This document shows positions 49,693-60,427 of a DNA stretch of 64,000 nt, piece after piece. Source of the stretch: an uncultured Acidobacteriota bacterium (lineage in GTDB: Bacteria > Acidobacteriota > Polarisedimenticolia > J045); the NCBI GenBank assembly GCA_963702425.1, contig CAVPCQ010000032.1:128001-192000 (forward strand), in the 5' to 3' direction. The position numbers were made by a program, and so were the translations under genes. Within the stretch, counting starts at the first letter, position 1; each line of letters opens with the position of its first letter. The notes beneath the pieces were generated by a model. That model had not been told where the DNA came from, ran no database searches, and worked only from the letters and a program-made list of their open reading frames with translations.

Positions 49693-50810
49693 AGCGACGC
49701 ACCATCGTCCTTTCGCTGCTCGCGCTCTTCGCGCTGGCGATGGCGCTCCTCGCCGAGCGCCCGACCCCGCCGGTCTCGGTGCGGAGCCGCGCGCCGCGGG
49801 GGCTGCGCGCCGCCTTCCACTATCTCGAGCGGCGCGGTCTCGATGTCCGCGCGTGGGAGCACCCCCTCGCCCGCCTCCCCGAGCCGCCGGGGCTGCTGAT
49901 CATCGCCATGCCGCTCGCCGCCCCGCCGCTGCGCGAGGACCTCGAGGCGCTCGAGCGCTGGTCCCAGCGAGGGGGCAACACGCTGCTGCTGGCCGATCCG
50001 TCCGGTGCGGGGGCCTACGACGCGGCGCTGCTCGCCGCCTTCGGCCTGTCTCCGGTGCACGCCCAGGCCGAACCGCCGCTCGGCTGGCCCGGCTGGCGGC
50101 GCTGGCGCACCGCTGAGAGCGGATTGGCTCCCGCTCCCGCGCGCGCCGCCGCAGGGCGGACCGCCCGGCCGGTCATCCTGACGGGCGCCGCCCGCATCGG
50201 CGAACCGCCGAACACCGAGGCCTGGCTCCTCGACGACAAGGGGACGGCCTTCGTATTCGAGATCCCGCGCGGGCGCGGCCGGCTGGTCGTCGTCAACAAC
50301 GCGACGCTGCTCGCGAACGCCTGGCTGGCGCGCGACGGCAACCTCGCCTGGCTCGAGGAGATGCTCGGCGAGCTCGTCCCGGCGGGAGGGGCGGTGCTCT
50401 TCGACGAGTGGCACCAGGGGTACCGCGACGCCAGCGGGGAGACGCAGTCCGGGTCCGGCCTCGCGCTCACGCTGCTGCTCGCGCACCTCGGTTTCCTCTA
50501 CCTCGGGATCGTGTTCGTGCTGGCGCGGCCGTTCGGCCCGCGCCTGGCCGCCGAGGGCACGACCCCCGGCTCGATCGGCCGATCCCTGCTCGCCCTGGCC
50601 TCGTTGCACCGCGTCGGGCGGCACGCCGCCGAGGCCGGTCAGCTTCTGCTCGATCACGCCCGCCGCCTGGTCCCCGCGGAGCCGGGCGACGACCCGCTCC
50701 CCGAGCGCTTCGAAGGGGGAGAGGCGGAGTTCCTCGCGCTGGCCCGCATGGTCGGGGAGCGCCAGCAGCGGCGGGGTCGCCCGCCGCCCGTCCCGGAGGA
50801 TCCACGATGA
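49689..50810 (+). CDS. DUF4350-like protein
   Basis: [29 protein letters not shown]; operon position. Confidence 0.8.
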   Translation: MKRRTIVLSLLALFALAMALLAERPTPPVSVRSRAPRGLRAAFHYLERRGLDVRAWEHPLARLPEPPGLLIIAMPLAAPPLREDLEALERWSQRGGNTLLLADPSGAGAYDAALLAAFGLSPVHAQAEPPLGWPGWRRWRTAESGLAPAPARAAAGRTARPVILTGAARIGEPPNTEAWLLDDKGTAFVFEIPRGRGRLVVVNNATLLANAWLARDGNLAWLEEMLGELVPAGGAVLFDEWHQGYRDASGETQSGSGLALTLLLAHLGFLYLGIVFVLARPFGPRLAAEGTTPGSIGRSLLALASLHRVGRHAAEAGQLLLDHARRLVPAEPGDDPLPERFEGGEAEFLALARMVGERQQRRGRPPPVPEDPR

Positions 50811-51793
50811 CGACGTTCGACGATCCATCGCCGCTCACCCCCGCCGAAGCCGCGGCTCGACTCGTCGCGCTGCGCGAGGCGCTCGCCGGCGTCGTGGTCG
50901 GCCAGGGAGCGCCGCTCGACGAGATCATGGCGGCGCTCTTCGTCGGCGGGCACGTCCTGCTCGAGGGGGTCCCCGGCGTGGCCAAGACCCTGCTCGCGCG
51001 CGCACTCGCCGCGGCGCTGGGGCTCGAGTTCCGGCGCGTGCAGTTCACCCCCGATCTGATGCCGGCGGACGTCATCGGGACGAACGTCTTCGACTTCCAG
51101 CGCGGCCTGTTCCACCTGCAGAAGGGGCCGGTCTTCACCGAGGTCCTGCTTGCCGACGAGATCAACCGCACGCCGCCGAAGACCCAGGCGGCCCTGCTCG
51201 AGGCAATGCAGGAGCGGCAGGTGACGATCGACGGGGTGAGCCATCCGCTGGCGCCCTCGTTCTTCGTGATCGCAACCCAGAACCCGCTCGAGCACGAGGG
51301 GACCTATCCGCTCCCGGAAGCCCAGCTCGACCGCTTCCTGATGAAGGTCCTCGTCGGCTACCCGGCCGCGGCGGAAGAGCTGGAGATCTACCGCCGCTTC
51401 CTCGACGGCCGCGTGCGGCTCACGTCGACCGACCTCGGGCTGCCCGCCGTGCTCGCGCCGGGGGAGTTGCCGCGCCTGCGCGCCGCGCTCGGCGGGGTGC
51501 GGGTGGAGGAGCCGCTGCTCGGCTACCTCCACGCGATCGTCGAGGCGACGCGGCGCGCGCCGCAGCTCGCGGCGGGCGCGAGCCCGCGCGCCGGGATCGC
51601 CCTGCTGGCCGCGGCCCGCGCCTGGGCGGCGATGGAAGGGCGCGACTTCGCGATCCCCGACGACTTCAAACGGATGGCCCGTCCGGTCCTGCGCCACCGG
51701 CTGATCGCGACCCCCGAGACGGAGCTCGAGGGGAAAGGGACCGAAGAGATCCTCGGGACGCTGCTCGACCGGATCGAGGTGCCGCGCGGATGA
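50807..51793 (+). CDS. MoxR family AAA+ ATPase
   Basis: [54 protein letters not shown]. Confidence 0.96.
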   Translation: MTTFDDPSPLTPAEAAARLVALREALAGVVVGQGAPLDEIMAALFVGGHVLLEGVPGVAKTLLARALAAALGLEFRRVQFTPDLMPADVIGTNVFDFQRGLFHLQKGPVFTEVLLADEINRTPPKTQAALLEAMQERQVTIDGVSHPLAPSFFVIATQNPLEHEGTYPLPEAQLDRFLMKVLVGYPAAAEELEIYRRFLDGRVRLTSTDLGLPAVLAPGELPRLRAALGGVRVEEPLLGYLHAIVEATRRAPQLAAGASPRAGIALLAAARAWAAMEGRDFAIPDDFKRMARPVLRHRLIATPETELEGKGTEEILGTLLDRIEVPRG

Positions 51794-53097
51794 CGTTCTC
51801 CGCGCGCGCCTTCGCGCTCTGGGGCGCGGCGAGCCTGCTGCTCGTCGCCGGCTTCATCGTGGTCGACGCGGCGTACCTGGGGCTGGCGCTCGACGCGCTG
51901 GTGCTCGGGCTCGCGCTGATCGACGGCGCGCGCGCGCGGCGGCTGGCGCTCGCCGTACAGCGCGAGGCCCCTGCGATCTTCCACCAAGGGGAGGAGGCGC
52001 AGCTCGCGCTCGTCGTCGAGAACCGCGAGCCCCGGCCGCTCACGATCCGGGCCCGCGAGGCGCTCTCGACGCTGCTCGTCGAGCGGCCGCTCGACCTCGC
52101 GGCGACGATCCCCGGCCGCTCGCGCGTCCGGCTCCCCTACTCCGTCTGTCCGCTCTGGCGGGGAGCCGGAGAGCTGGCTCCGGCGACGCTCCGCGTGGCC
52201 GGCCCGTGGCGCCTGGCGTGGGGCGAGCGGCGGTTCGCGGAGGGGCAGCCGTTCAAGGTCTACCCGAAGCTGCACCTCGAACGAGACGCGGCGCTCGCGG
52301 TGAAGCGCGCGGTCGAGCACCGGCTCGGTGCGCACGAGACCGCGGTCCGCGGGATCTCGACCGAACTCTACGCGCTGCGCGAGTACCTGCCCGGCGACGA
52401 CTACCGCCGCGTCCACTGGAAGGCGACCGCCCGCCGCAATCGTCCGGTGATCCGCGAGAACACCTGGGAGCAGCACCAGCAGCTCGTCGTGATGGTCGAC
52501 TGCGGACGGCCGATGGCCGCGCTCGACGGCGCACTGGGGAAGCTCGACCACGCGCTTGCCGCAGTGATCGCCCTGCTGCGCGTCGTCGTGGCGCAGGGGG
52601 ACCAGGCGACCCTGGTGCTGTTCTCGAAGGAGATCCGCCAGATCGTGCGGCTCGACCGGAGGACCCGCTCGTTCGGGCCGCTGTTCGAGCGGATCTATCA
52701 CGAGCGGGCGGACCTGGAGGAGCCCGACTACCAGGCGGTCGCCGCGTGGTGCGCACGCCGGGTGCCGCGCCGGTCGCTGGCCGTGCTGCTGACCTCCGTG
52801 CTCGACCTGGCCAACGCCGCGGTGCTCGAGCGAGCGCTGCTCGGCCTGGCGCAGCGGCACCTGCCGCTCCTGGTGAATCTCGAGGACCCGGGGCTGATCG
52901 CCCACGCGGGCGCGGTGCCGAACGACCTCACCGCCGCCTACGCGAAGGTCTCGGCGCTCTCGCTCACCGCCGGCAACCGCGCGCTCGCCGCGCGGCTGGC
53001 CGGTGCGGGGGTCCAGGTCCTGACCACCCCGGCCGACCGGCTGGCCTTCGGCGTCGTGCAGAAGTACCTCGACCTCAAGGCGCGGCGCCGACTCTGA
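51790..53097 (+). CDS. DUF58 (VWA-like) protein
   Basis: [27 protein letters not shown]. Confidence 0.93.
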   Translation: MTFSARAFALWGAASLLLVAGFIVVDAAYLGLALDALVLGLALIDGARARRLALAVQREAPAIFHQGEEAQLALVVENREPRPLTIRAREALSTLLVERPLDLAATIPGRSRVRLPYSVCPLWRGAGELAPATLRVAGPWRLAWGERRFAEGQPFKVYPKLHLERDAALAVKRAVEHRLGAHETAVRGISTELYALREYLPGDDYRRVHWKATARRNRPVIRENTWEQHQQLVVMVDCGRPMAALDGALGKLDHALAAVIALLRVVVAQGDQATLVLFSKEIRQIVRLDRRTRSFGPLFERIYHERADLEEPDYQAVAAWCARRVPRRSLAVLLTSVLDLANAAVLERALLGLAQRHLPLLVNLEDPGLIAHAGAVPNDLTAAYAKVSALSLTAGNRALAARLAGAGVQVLTTPADRLAFGVVQKYLDLKARRRL

Positions 53098-53165
53098 GCA
53101 GACGGGCGGCGGCTGTCGGACCGCCGCACCGGCAGAGTCGCGTCCCCGGGGGCAGAGGCGAGAGC

Positions 53166-55514
53166 TCAGCGCCTTCCCGGCGGCAGCAGCACGGACGCCG
53201 CCGCGTACAGCCCCACGCCGGCGAGCGCGACGTCATGGAACCCGGCGAGAATCGCCAGCGCGAGCGAGCAGACGCTGGCGAGCACGCTGGCGACGCCGTT
53301 GATCGCCCAGAACCAGGGCTTGCCGGCGTCGCCGAACCGGATCATCCCGACCGGGAACGCGAATCCCATGAGGTATCCGGGAAGCGCGAGCAGCAGCACG
53401 CTCGTCGCCACACGGGCCGGGAACCCCCAGCCCAGGCTGGCGCGGAACACGGGACCGAGGAGCAGCTCCGCGACGAGCACCGCCAGCGGCAGCAGGAACG
53501 CCCACCCGCGGCCGGCGAGGCGGGCCCGCGCGGCCGTCATGGCCCCGAGGCCGGCGCCCAGCAGCAGCGTTCCCAGGACCACCGCGGTCGCGTAGCTGGG
53601 ATGCCCGAGGTACAGGATGAAGCGCTGGATCCACGGCGCCTCGACGAACATGAACGCCAGTCCGATGGCCGCGAAGTAGGCGGTCCCGCGCCAGATGCCG
53701 GCGTGGCGCGGCAGCGCCCGCGCCAGCACGAGCGGCGCAGAGAAGGCGGCCAGCGCGAGCACGGCCATCCCCACGAGGAGCCGCCGGAGCGTGACCACCG
53801 ACTGGTCGTTGGCCGAGAGCGACGCCAGCGCGTCGCGGTTTACGTCTCCGAGCAGGCCGACGGTCTGGAAGAAGAAGGGCCGGTCGTCGGTCGGCGGCGT
53901 CAGATCGAACCCCTGCTCGCGCATCGACTCCCAGCCCGAGACGAGAACCTGCGCCAGCCGCGACTCGGCCGGCGTCTCGGCGCCCTGCGGCCAGTGCCGC
54001 ACCAGGCCGCGCGACGCGACGACCTCGTCGAGCTGCGACAGCCGTTCCGCGTCGAAGGGGCGACGGGAGACGAGCAGCGTGCCGACGCGCCCGGCCTGGA
54101 CCACCGCAAGGTGGCTCAGCGGATCGGCGACGCCTTCGCGCTCGAGCGCGAACCGGGCGAGCAGCGCGAGCCGCAGACCTTCGAGCTGACGCCGGCCCAT
54201 CATCCAGCGCGAGATCGAAACGACCCCGTCGTCCGAGAGCCGGTTCCAGTAGAGACGCAACGCCTCCTCGGTGTAGAGGTAGTTCTCGGAGAGCGCGAAG
54301 GCGCCGGCGGCCGTCGCCGCCCAGGTATCGATCAGCGAGATCTGGATCAGGTCGTACTTCTTGTCGGTGCGCGTCAGGAACGAGCGCCCCTCGGAGACGA
54401 CGGCGTTGACGTGCGGCAGGTGGTACACGTCCCCGGAGAACTCCCGGAATCGCCCCGAGACCAGGTCGACGATCTGCGGGTTGATCTCGATCGCATCGAT
54501 CTCCTGCGCGCCGGCCTCGCGGGCCGTCAGAATGTCACGACCGCCTCCCGCGCCGATGATGCAGACGGTTCGCGGCACCCGTAGCTGATAGCCCACGCTG
54601 GTCACATCGAAAAGCAGATGCTCCAGCGACTCCGGCCCGCCGCCGAGCCGCGTCACGGGCGTGCCCGCAGAGCCATCCTGTTCGATCCAGAGCTGCTCGA
54701 CCGCGTGGGGCGAAAAGCGCGTGCCGAGGCCCCAGTTGAAGGCCTCCTTCGGGTCCTTCTTCCAGAAGACCGTGTCGAAGACCGTGAGCCGGGCGGTGGC
54801 GGTCCACTTCTCGTAGAGCAGCGGACCGGTTTCCTCGTAGAGCTTGTTGTAGCGCAGCGTGTAGGGCGCCCCCCAGGCGATCGAGGCCGCGAGCGCCGCC
54901 GCGATGACCCCGGCCGCGCGACGTCGGGACGGGAACAGCACGGCCAGCGCCACGAGCGGCAGGAGCGCCGAGGCGGCGAGCAGGACCGGGGTCGCGACGA
55001 CGTTCATCAGCGGAATGACGAGCAGCGCCCCGCCCGTCGCCCCGAGCAGGTCGGCACCGTACATCCGCCCGATGGCGCGCCCGGTGACGCTCATCAGCAG
55101 CAGGCAAACGGCGGTCCCGAGAGCGAGCAGCGGCGGCAGCACGCTGACCAGCACCAGCAGCACGCGCCAACCGGCATCGGGCTGCGCTCCCAGCAGCGGC
55201 GACCGGTCCTCGCCCGCGGGCAGGAGCGCGCCCAGCTTGAAGATCGCGACGATCGAAAGCGGCACGAGAATGGCCGACACCTGGAGCGCGATGCGCAACG
55301 CGCGCGGGCGGGCGGGCCGCAGCGCGAACCAGATGCCGGGAGCGCCGAGCGCGAGCATGGCCAGCGACACCGAGAGAAAGGCGAAATGGTACCAGAGCAC
55401 GACGGAGAGGATCCGCGTGATGGCGATCTCGTAGATCAGGACGGTGCAGGAGACGAGCGCGATCGCGACCAGGAGAGACCGCTCGCCTCCGGAGACCTGT
55501 TCATCCGAGTGCAC
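53166..55514 (-). CDS. Polytopic membrane protein with a spermidine-synthase-like SAM-binding domain
   Basis: YEIAITRILSVVLWYHFAF, IIGAGGGRD, IEINP, EGRSFL, SENYLYT, WAING. Confidence 0.85.
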   Translation of the reverse strand: MHSDEQVSGGERSLLVAIALVSCTVLIYEIAITRILSVVLWYHFAFLSVSLAMLALGAPGIWFALRPARPRALRIALQVSAILVPLSIVAIFKLGALLPAGEDRSPLLGAQPDAGWRVLLVLVSVLPPLLALGTAVCLLLMSVTGRAIGRMYGADLLGATGGALLVIPLMNVVATPVLLAASALLPLVALAVLFPSRRRAAGVIAAALAASIAWGAPYTLRYNKLYEETGPLLYEKWTATARLTVFDTVFWKKDPKEAFNWGLGTRFSPHAVEQLWIEQDGSAGTPVTRLGGGPESLEHLLFDVTSVGYQLRVPRTVCIIGAGGGRDILTAREAGAQEIDAIEINPQIVDLVSGRFREFSGDVYHLPHVNAVVSEGRSFLTRTDKKYDLIQISLIDTWAATAAGAFALSENYLYTEEALRLYWNRLSDDGVVSISRWMMGRRQLEGLRLALLARFALEREGVADPLSHLAVVQAGRVGTLLVSRRPFDAERLSQLDEVVASRGLVRHWPQGAETPAESRLAQVLVSGWESMREQGFDLTPPTDDRPFFFQTVGLLGDVNRDALASLSANDQSVVTLRRLLVGMAVLALAAFSAPLVLARALPRHAGIWRGTAYFAAIGLAFMFVEAPWIQRFILYLGHPSYATAVVLGTLLLGAGLGAMTAARARLAGRGWAFLLPLAVLVAELLLGPVFRASLGWGFPARVATSVLLLALPGYLMGFAFPVGMIRFGDAGKPWFWAINGVASVLASVCSLALAILAGFHDVALAGVGLYAAASVLLPPGRR

Positions 55515-55598
55515 CGACGCATGGTGAAGGAACGATCTGCCGATGACAAGCGGCGGTTCACGACGGCGCGGCGGACGGGCCGGGACGGAGCCCGGCCC

Positions 55599-55757
55599 CT
55601 ACGGGTCTTCGGGACGATCGACCGGCGGCTTCGGCTCCCGCCCGGGGAGCTCACAGGACTGCGACATTCAGGTGGGGATCCCCATCCAGGGGAGGATCCA
55701 GCGCTGGAGCGCGAACCACGCGCCCAGGATCGCAAGAAAAAGCAGGATGTTGGTCAT
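55599..55757 (-). CDS. Candidate 52-aa membrane selenoprotein (29 aa if TGA is read as stop)
   Basis: Not in the ORF track. ATG overlaps the upstream stop (TGATG). Reads MTNILLFLAILGAWFALQRWILPWMGIPT-TGA(55668-55670)-MSQSCELPGREPKPPVDRPEDP-TAG. Confidence 0.65.
55634..55650 (-). promoter_or_regulatory. Candidate bacterial SECIS hairpin
   Basis: GCUCCC-CGGGC-GGGAGC; the loop starts 23 nt after UGA and has G at its second position. Confidence 0.45.
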
Positions 55758-56050
55758 CAGACCAGTTGCTCCACGTTGACGACGCTCGCTCTCAGGCACG
55801 GCTGGATCTCGCATTTCCCGGCGAAATCCTGCAGGTCTTTCAGGATCGCCGCAACCGCCGCTTCCGACACCCCGGGGACGACGATCACGATCGCCCCGAA
55901 GGAGACCGTTCGGGGCAGGCTCGCGCGCTCGAGGAACTTGTGGCCCACCGCGCCCGGGATCTTCAGGTAGCCTTCCGCCCCGTGGCGGTCGAGCGCGCCG
56001 ACCACCTCGTGCTCGAGGTCCTCGCTGCAGTAGATGACGAGCTGCTTCAT
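55757..56050 (-). CDS. PII-like (PG0541-type) transporter-associated protein
   Basis: 97 aa, MKQLVIYC...GAEGYLKIPGAVGHK...VVNVEQLV; ATGA overlap with the RND gene; CEIQPC motif. Confidence 0.7.
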   Translation of the reverse strand: MKQLVIYCSEDLEHEVVGALDRHGAEGYLKIPGAVGHKFLERASLPRTVSFGAIVIVVPGVSEAAVAAILKDLQDFAGKCEIQPCLRASVVNVEQLV

Positions 56051-59000
56051 TCCGCGTCTCCCGATGCCGGCGTCTCGTGCTTGGCGCGCTCGACCATGTA
56101 GTAGAGCACGGGCACGACGACCAGCGTCAAGACGGTCGAGGCCAGCGAGCCGAACATCAGGGCGATTGCCAGCCCCTGGAAGATCGGGTCGAACAGGATC
56201 ACCACCGCGCCCATGACCACCGCGCCCGCGGTCAGCACGATCGGCCGCGTCCGCACCGCCCCGGCCTCGACCAGCGCCTCGCCCAGCGTCCGCCCCTCGG
56301 CCAGCGCCAGCTCGACGAAATCGATCAAGAGGATCCCGTTGCGGACCATGATCCCGGCCAGCGCGATGAAGCCGATCATCGAAGTCGCGGTGAAGAAGGC
56401 TCCCAGCGCCCAGTGCCCCGGGACCACGCCGATCAGGCCGAGCGGAATCGCGACCATCATCACCAGTGGCACCGTGAACGATCGGAACCAGCCGATGATC
56501 AGCAGGTAGATCAGCACCAGCACGGCGGCGAAGGCGAAGCCGAGGTCGCGGAAGACCTCGTAGGTGATGTGCCACTCGCCGTCCCACTTCATCGCCGGCT
56601 TCTCTTCGGACCCCGGCTCGTCGCGGTAGTACTGCTCGACCACGCCGCCCCCGGGGACTTGCAGCTTGTCGATCTCCTTGGCCATCTTGAGGATCGCGTA
56701 GACTGGGCTCTCCTCGCGGCCGGAGACATCGGCGGTGACGTAGACGACGGGCTTCAGGTTCTTGCGGAACAGGCTGGCGTCCTCCGTCGTGCGGCGGACC
56801 GTCACCAGCTCCGACATCGGGACCATCGCCCCGCTCATCGCCGCGAGCTTGACCGCCGCGAGGGCCGCGACCGACGAACGCTCGGCCCGCGGCAGCTCGA
56901 CGCGGATCGGCACCGGCTCGGCCTCCGCGTCGCGGTGCAGCAGCCCCGCGTCCTCGCCGGCGATCAGCGCCCGCAGCGAGCGGGCAACCATCGCCGCCGG
57001 AACGCCATGGAGGGCAGCCTTCTCGCGGTCGACCTCGAAGACTTCCTTCGGCTGCGGCGCCTCGACCCACCAGTCGACGTCGACCACGGAGGGGGTCGAT
57101 TCGAAGATCCCCTTGATCCGCTCGGCCGTCGCGCGGCGGGCCTTCTCGTCCGGGCCGTAGACCTCCGCGACCAGCGTCGCCAGGACCGGCGGCCCCGGCG
57201 GGACCTCGGCGATCTTCACCGCCGCGCCGTTCTTCCTGGCGATTTCCTCCACCGCCGGGCGGATCCGCTTGGCGATGTCGTGGCTCTGGTCCTTGCGGTC
57301 GTGCTTGGGGGCCAGATTCACTTGAAGATCGGCGACATTGGCGCCGCGCCGCAGGTCGTAGTGCCGAACCAGGCCGTTGAAGTTGACCGGCGCCGACGTC
57401 CCGGCGTACAGCTCGACATCGGTCACCTCCGGCACGCTGCCCAGGTAGATCCCGATCTCGCGCGCCACGCGCGCCGTGTCCTCGAGCGTCGTCCCCTCCG
57501 GCATGTCGACCACGATCTGCAGCTCGCTCTTGTTGTCGAACGGCAGCATCTTCACCGCGACCATCTTGAGCGGGAACATCGCCACGGCGCCCGCCAACAG
57601 CAGCGCGACGCCCCCCAGGAAGCCCCAGCGGAGCGCGGGCTTCTCCATCATCGGCACGAGGATCCGGCGATAGAGGCCGTAGATCCTGGTCCGCTTGACG
57701 TCGTACTCCTCGTCGTGGGCGTGTCCGCCGCGCAGCAGCCGGTAGGCCAGCCAGGGGGCGATCGTCAGCGCGACGACCAGCGAGAAGAGCATCGCCAGCG
57801 ACGCGCCGATCGGCATCGGCGCCATGTAGGGACCCATCAGGCCGCGCACGAAGGCCATCGGCAGCAGGGCCGCGATGACGGTGAAGGTCGCCAGGATCGT
57901 CGGGTTGCCGACCTCGGAGACCGCGGTCACCGCGGCCTGCAGCGCCGGCAGCTTCTTCATCGAGAAGTGCCGGGCGACGTTCTCGACGACGATGATCGAG
58001 TCGTCGACGACGAGCCCGGTGACGAAGATCAGCGCGAAGAGGGTCACGCGGTTCAGGGTGTAGCCGAAGACGTAGTAGATGAAGAGCGTCAGGGCGAAGG
58101 TCACCGGCAGCGAGATGAAGACCACCAGCGAGCCGCGCCACCCGAGCGACAGGGCGATGAAGATCGTCACGATCACGATCGTGAGGAGCAGGTGCAGCTC
58201 CAGCTCGTCGACCTTTTCGCGCGCGGTCTCGCCGTAGTTCCGCGTCACCTCGACTTCGACGCCGCCCGGGACCAGCGTCCCCTTCAGTGCGTTGACCTTG
58301 TCGAGCGCGGCGGCGGTCACGCGGTAGGCGTCCGCCCCCTTGCGCTTGGCGAGCGACAGGGTGACCGCGTCGTAGAGGCCGGCCGGCGCCTCGATGCCGC
58401 GCGTCCGCGCCGCCGGCCCGGGCGAGAAGGCGACGTAGTCGGCCGGCTCCTCCGGGCCGTCGAGCACGGTGGCGACGTCCCGCAGGTAGATCGGCTTTCC
58501 CTCGTGTGCACCGACGACCAGCCCCTCGACGTCCTCGCGGCTCCTCAGGAACCCGCCGGTCTCGACCTTGACCTCGCGGTTCCCCTGCTCGATGCTGCCG
58601 GCCGGGGCGCTCGCGTTCTGGAACTGCAGCGCCTGGACGATCGTCCCCGGGTCGGCGTGCATCGCCGCCATCCGGCCGCCGTCGAGCTGCACCCGCACCG
58701 CGCGCCGCTGGCCGCCGATGATCTTGATCTCCGAGACGTCGTCGAGCCGCGACAGTTCCCTGCCCATCTCGGCCGCCAGCCGCCGCAGCGCGAAGCCGTC
58801 CTGGTCCTTGCGCGCGCTCCAGAGCGTCAGCCCCAGCACCGGCACGTCGTCGATCGCCCGCGTCCTGATCAGCGGCGGAGTCGCGCCGGGCGGCATCCGG
58901 TCCAGCCCCGAGACGAGCTTGTCGTAGATCTTGACCAGGCTGCGCTCCTGGTCCTCGCCCACCTTGAAGCGGACCGTGACCATCGCCACGCTGGGCATCG

Positions 59001-59271
59001 ACCCGGAGTAGACGTACTCGACCCCGGGAATCTCCGCCATCCGCTTTTCCAGCGGGATCGTGACGCGGTTCTCGACGGCCTGGGGCGAGGCGCCCGGCAG
59101 GCCGACGAAGATGTCGACCATCGGGACGACGATCTGCGGCTCCTCCTCGCGCGGCGTGAGCAGCACCGCGAACCCGCCGAGCAGGAGCGACGCCACGATC
59201 AAGAGCGGCGTCAGCTTGGAGTCGATGAAGAAGTGGGCGACCTTGCCGGCCGGCCCGAGGCTGGGGGTCAT
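56047..59271 (-). CDS. RND efflux transporter permease (AcrB/CusA superfamily)
   Basis: PREEEPQIVVP, GLVVDDSIIVVEN, RTRPIVLT; 1074 aa. Confidence 0.96.
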   Translation of the reverse strand: MTPSLGPAGKVAHFFIDSKLTPLLIVASLLLGGFAVLLTPREEEPQIVVPMVDIFVGLPGASPQAVENRVTIPLEKRMAEIPGVEYVYSGSMPSVAMVTVRFKVGEDQERSLVKIYDKLVSGLDRMPPGATPPLIRTRAIDDVPVLGLTLWSARKDQDGFALRRLAAEMGRELSRLDDVSEIKIIGGQRRAVRVQLDGGRMAAMHADPGTIVQALQFQNASAPAGSIEQGNREVKVETGGFLRSREDVEGLVVGAHEGKPIYLRDVATVLDGPEEPADYVAFSPGPAARTRGIEAPAGLYDAVTLSLAKRKGADAYRVTAAALDKVNALKGTLVPGGVEVEVTRNYGETAREKVDELELHLLLTIVIVTIFIALSLGWRGSLVVFISLPVTFALTLFIYYVFGYTLNRVTLFALIFVTGLVVDDSIIVVENVARHFSMKKLPALQAAVTAVSEVGNPTILATFTVIAALLPMAFVRGLMGPYMAPMPIGASLAMLFSLVVALTIAPWLAYRLLRGGHAHDEEYDVKRTRIYGLYRRILVPMMEKPALRWGFLGGVALLLAGAVAMFPLKMVAVKMLPFDNKSELQIVVDMPEGTTLEDTARVAREIGIYLGSVPEVTDVELYAGTSAPVNFNGLVRHYDLRRGANVADLQVNLAPKHDRKDQSHDIAKRIRPAVEEIARKNGAAVKIAEVPPGPPVLATLVAEVYGPDEKARRATAERIKGIFESTPSVVDVDWWVEAPQPKEVFEVDREKAALHGVPAAMVARSLRALIAGEDAGLLHRDAEAEPVPIRVELPRAERSSVAALAAVKLAAMSGAMVPMSELVTVRRTTEDASLFRKNLKPVVYVTADVSGREESPVYAILKMAKEIDKLQVPGGGVVEQYYRDEPGSEEKPAMKWDGEWHITYEVFRDLGFAFAAVLVLIYLLIIGWFRSFTVPLVMMVAIPLGLIGVVPGHWALGAFFTATSMIGFIALAGIMVRNGILLIDFVELALAEGRTLGEALVEAGAVRTRPIVLTAGAVVMGAVVILFDPIFQGLAIALMFGSLASTVLTLVVVPVLYYMVERAKHETPASGDAE

Positions 59272-60413
59272 CGTGTCACCTCAGCGGGCCTTGCGCCGGA
59301 ACTGGAGGGGCCGGGGTCGGACGCGCCGGAGATCGGCGCGCCGTCGGCGATCCCCGCGGGCGGCGCGCTGACGTAGCGCTCGCCGGCGGAGAGGCCCGAG
59401 AGGACCTCGACCCGGTCGCCGAGCAGCGCCCCCGGCCGCACCCAGCGCAGCCGCGCCTTGCCCGCCTCGTCCACGATCCAGACGCCCTGGAGCTGTCCGC
59501 GCTCGACCAGCGCCGCCGCCGGCACGGTCAGCGTTTCCCGCGTCCCCTTCGGGAACCGGATGCGCACGTACATCCCCGGCTTGATCGCGCCGCCGGGGTT
59601 GTCGAGCAGCAGCTTCACCGCGAAGGTCCGGCTCATCGAATCGCCGGCCGGGACGATCCGCTCGACCGTCGCCGGGACCGGCGCGCCCAGCACGTCGATC
59701 GCGACCGTCGCCGGCGCGCCTTCCGCGAGGCCGACGATCTGCGCCTCCGGCACCTGCGCCACGACCCGGACCTTCGACAGGTCGTCCACCGTGAAGAGCG
59801 GCATCCCGGGCGACGCCATGTCGCCGGCTTCGATCCGCTTCGCGGTGACGACGCCGGAGACCGGGGTCGAGACGATGGCGTAGCCGAGCATCACCTGGGC
59901 CGCCGCGAGATTCGCCTGCGCCTGCTGCACGCCGGCCCTGGCCATGTTGTAGCCGGCGGTCGCATCCTCGAGGTTCTTGGCGGTGGCGGAGCCGCGTTCG
60001 ACCAGCGCGGTCATGCGCTTGTACGTCGCCTCGGCGTTCGTCTGCTGCGCCTCGGCCATCGCGACGCCGGCCTTCGCCTGCTCGACCGCCGCCGCCAGGT
60101 CGCGGCTCTCGAGCCGCGCCAGCGCCTGCCCGGCGCGGACGGCGTCCCCCTCGCGGACCATCACGCGCTCGACGCGCCCCATGATCTTCGTGCCGGGGGA
60201 GACGCGCTCGATCGGCTCGACCGCGCCGGACACCTCGACGACATCAGCCGAGGAGGCCAGCTCGGCCACGGCGACCGGCGCCGACACGGCGGCCGGCTCG
60301 GCGGGAGGGGCGACCTCGTGCCGGCCGCCGCAGCCGGCGGAGAGCAGGACCGCGGCCAGCGCGGCGACAACGAGGACGACGGAAGCGGGTCGGGAACTCG
60401 GGCGGCGGATCAT
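59268..60413 (-). CDS. RND periplasmic adaptor (membrane fusion protein), lipoprotein
   Basis: Lipobox LSAGC; VREGDAV; TPVSGVV; IKPGMYV; EVLSGL. Alternative GTG start at 60431. Confidence 0.93.
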   Translation of the reverse strand: MIRRPSSRPASVVLVVAALAAVLLSAGCGGRHEVAPPAEPAAVSAPVAVAELASSADVVEVSGAVEPIERVSPGTKIMGRVERVMVREGDAVRAGQALARLESRDLAAAVEQAKAGVAMAEAQQTNAEATYKRMTALVERGSATAKNLEDATAGYNMARAGVQQAQANLAAAQVMLGYAIVSTPVSGVVTAKRIEAGDMASPGMPLFTVDDLSKVRVVAQVPEAQIVGLAEGAPATVAIDVLGAPVPATVERIVPAGDSMSRTFAVKLLLDNPGGAIKPGMYVRIRFPKGTRETLTVPAAALVERGQLQGVWIVDEAGKARLRWVRPGALLGDRVEVLSGLSAGERYVSAPPAGIADGAPISGASDPGPSSSGARPAEVTR

Positions 60414-60427
60414 CGGCGGTTCTCCCG

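Noticed and set aside
55757-58141. 794-aa minus-strand ORF overlapping the RND gene
   Set aside because: Only the last 97 codons (from ATG 56050) look protein-like; the rest is an alternative frame.
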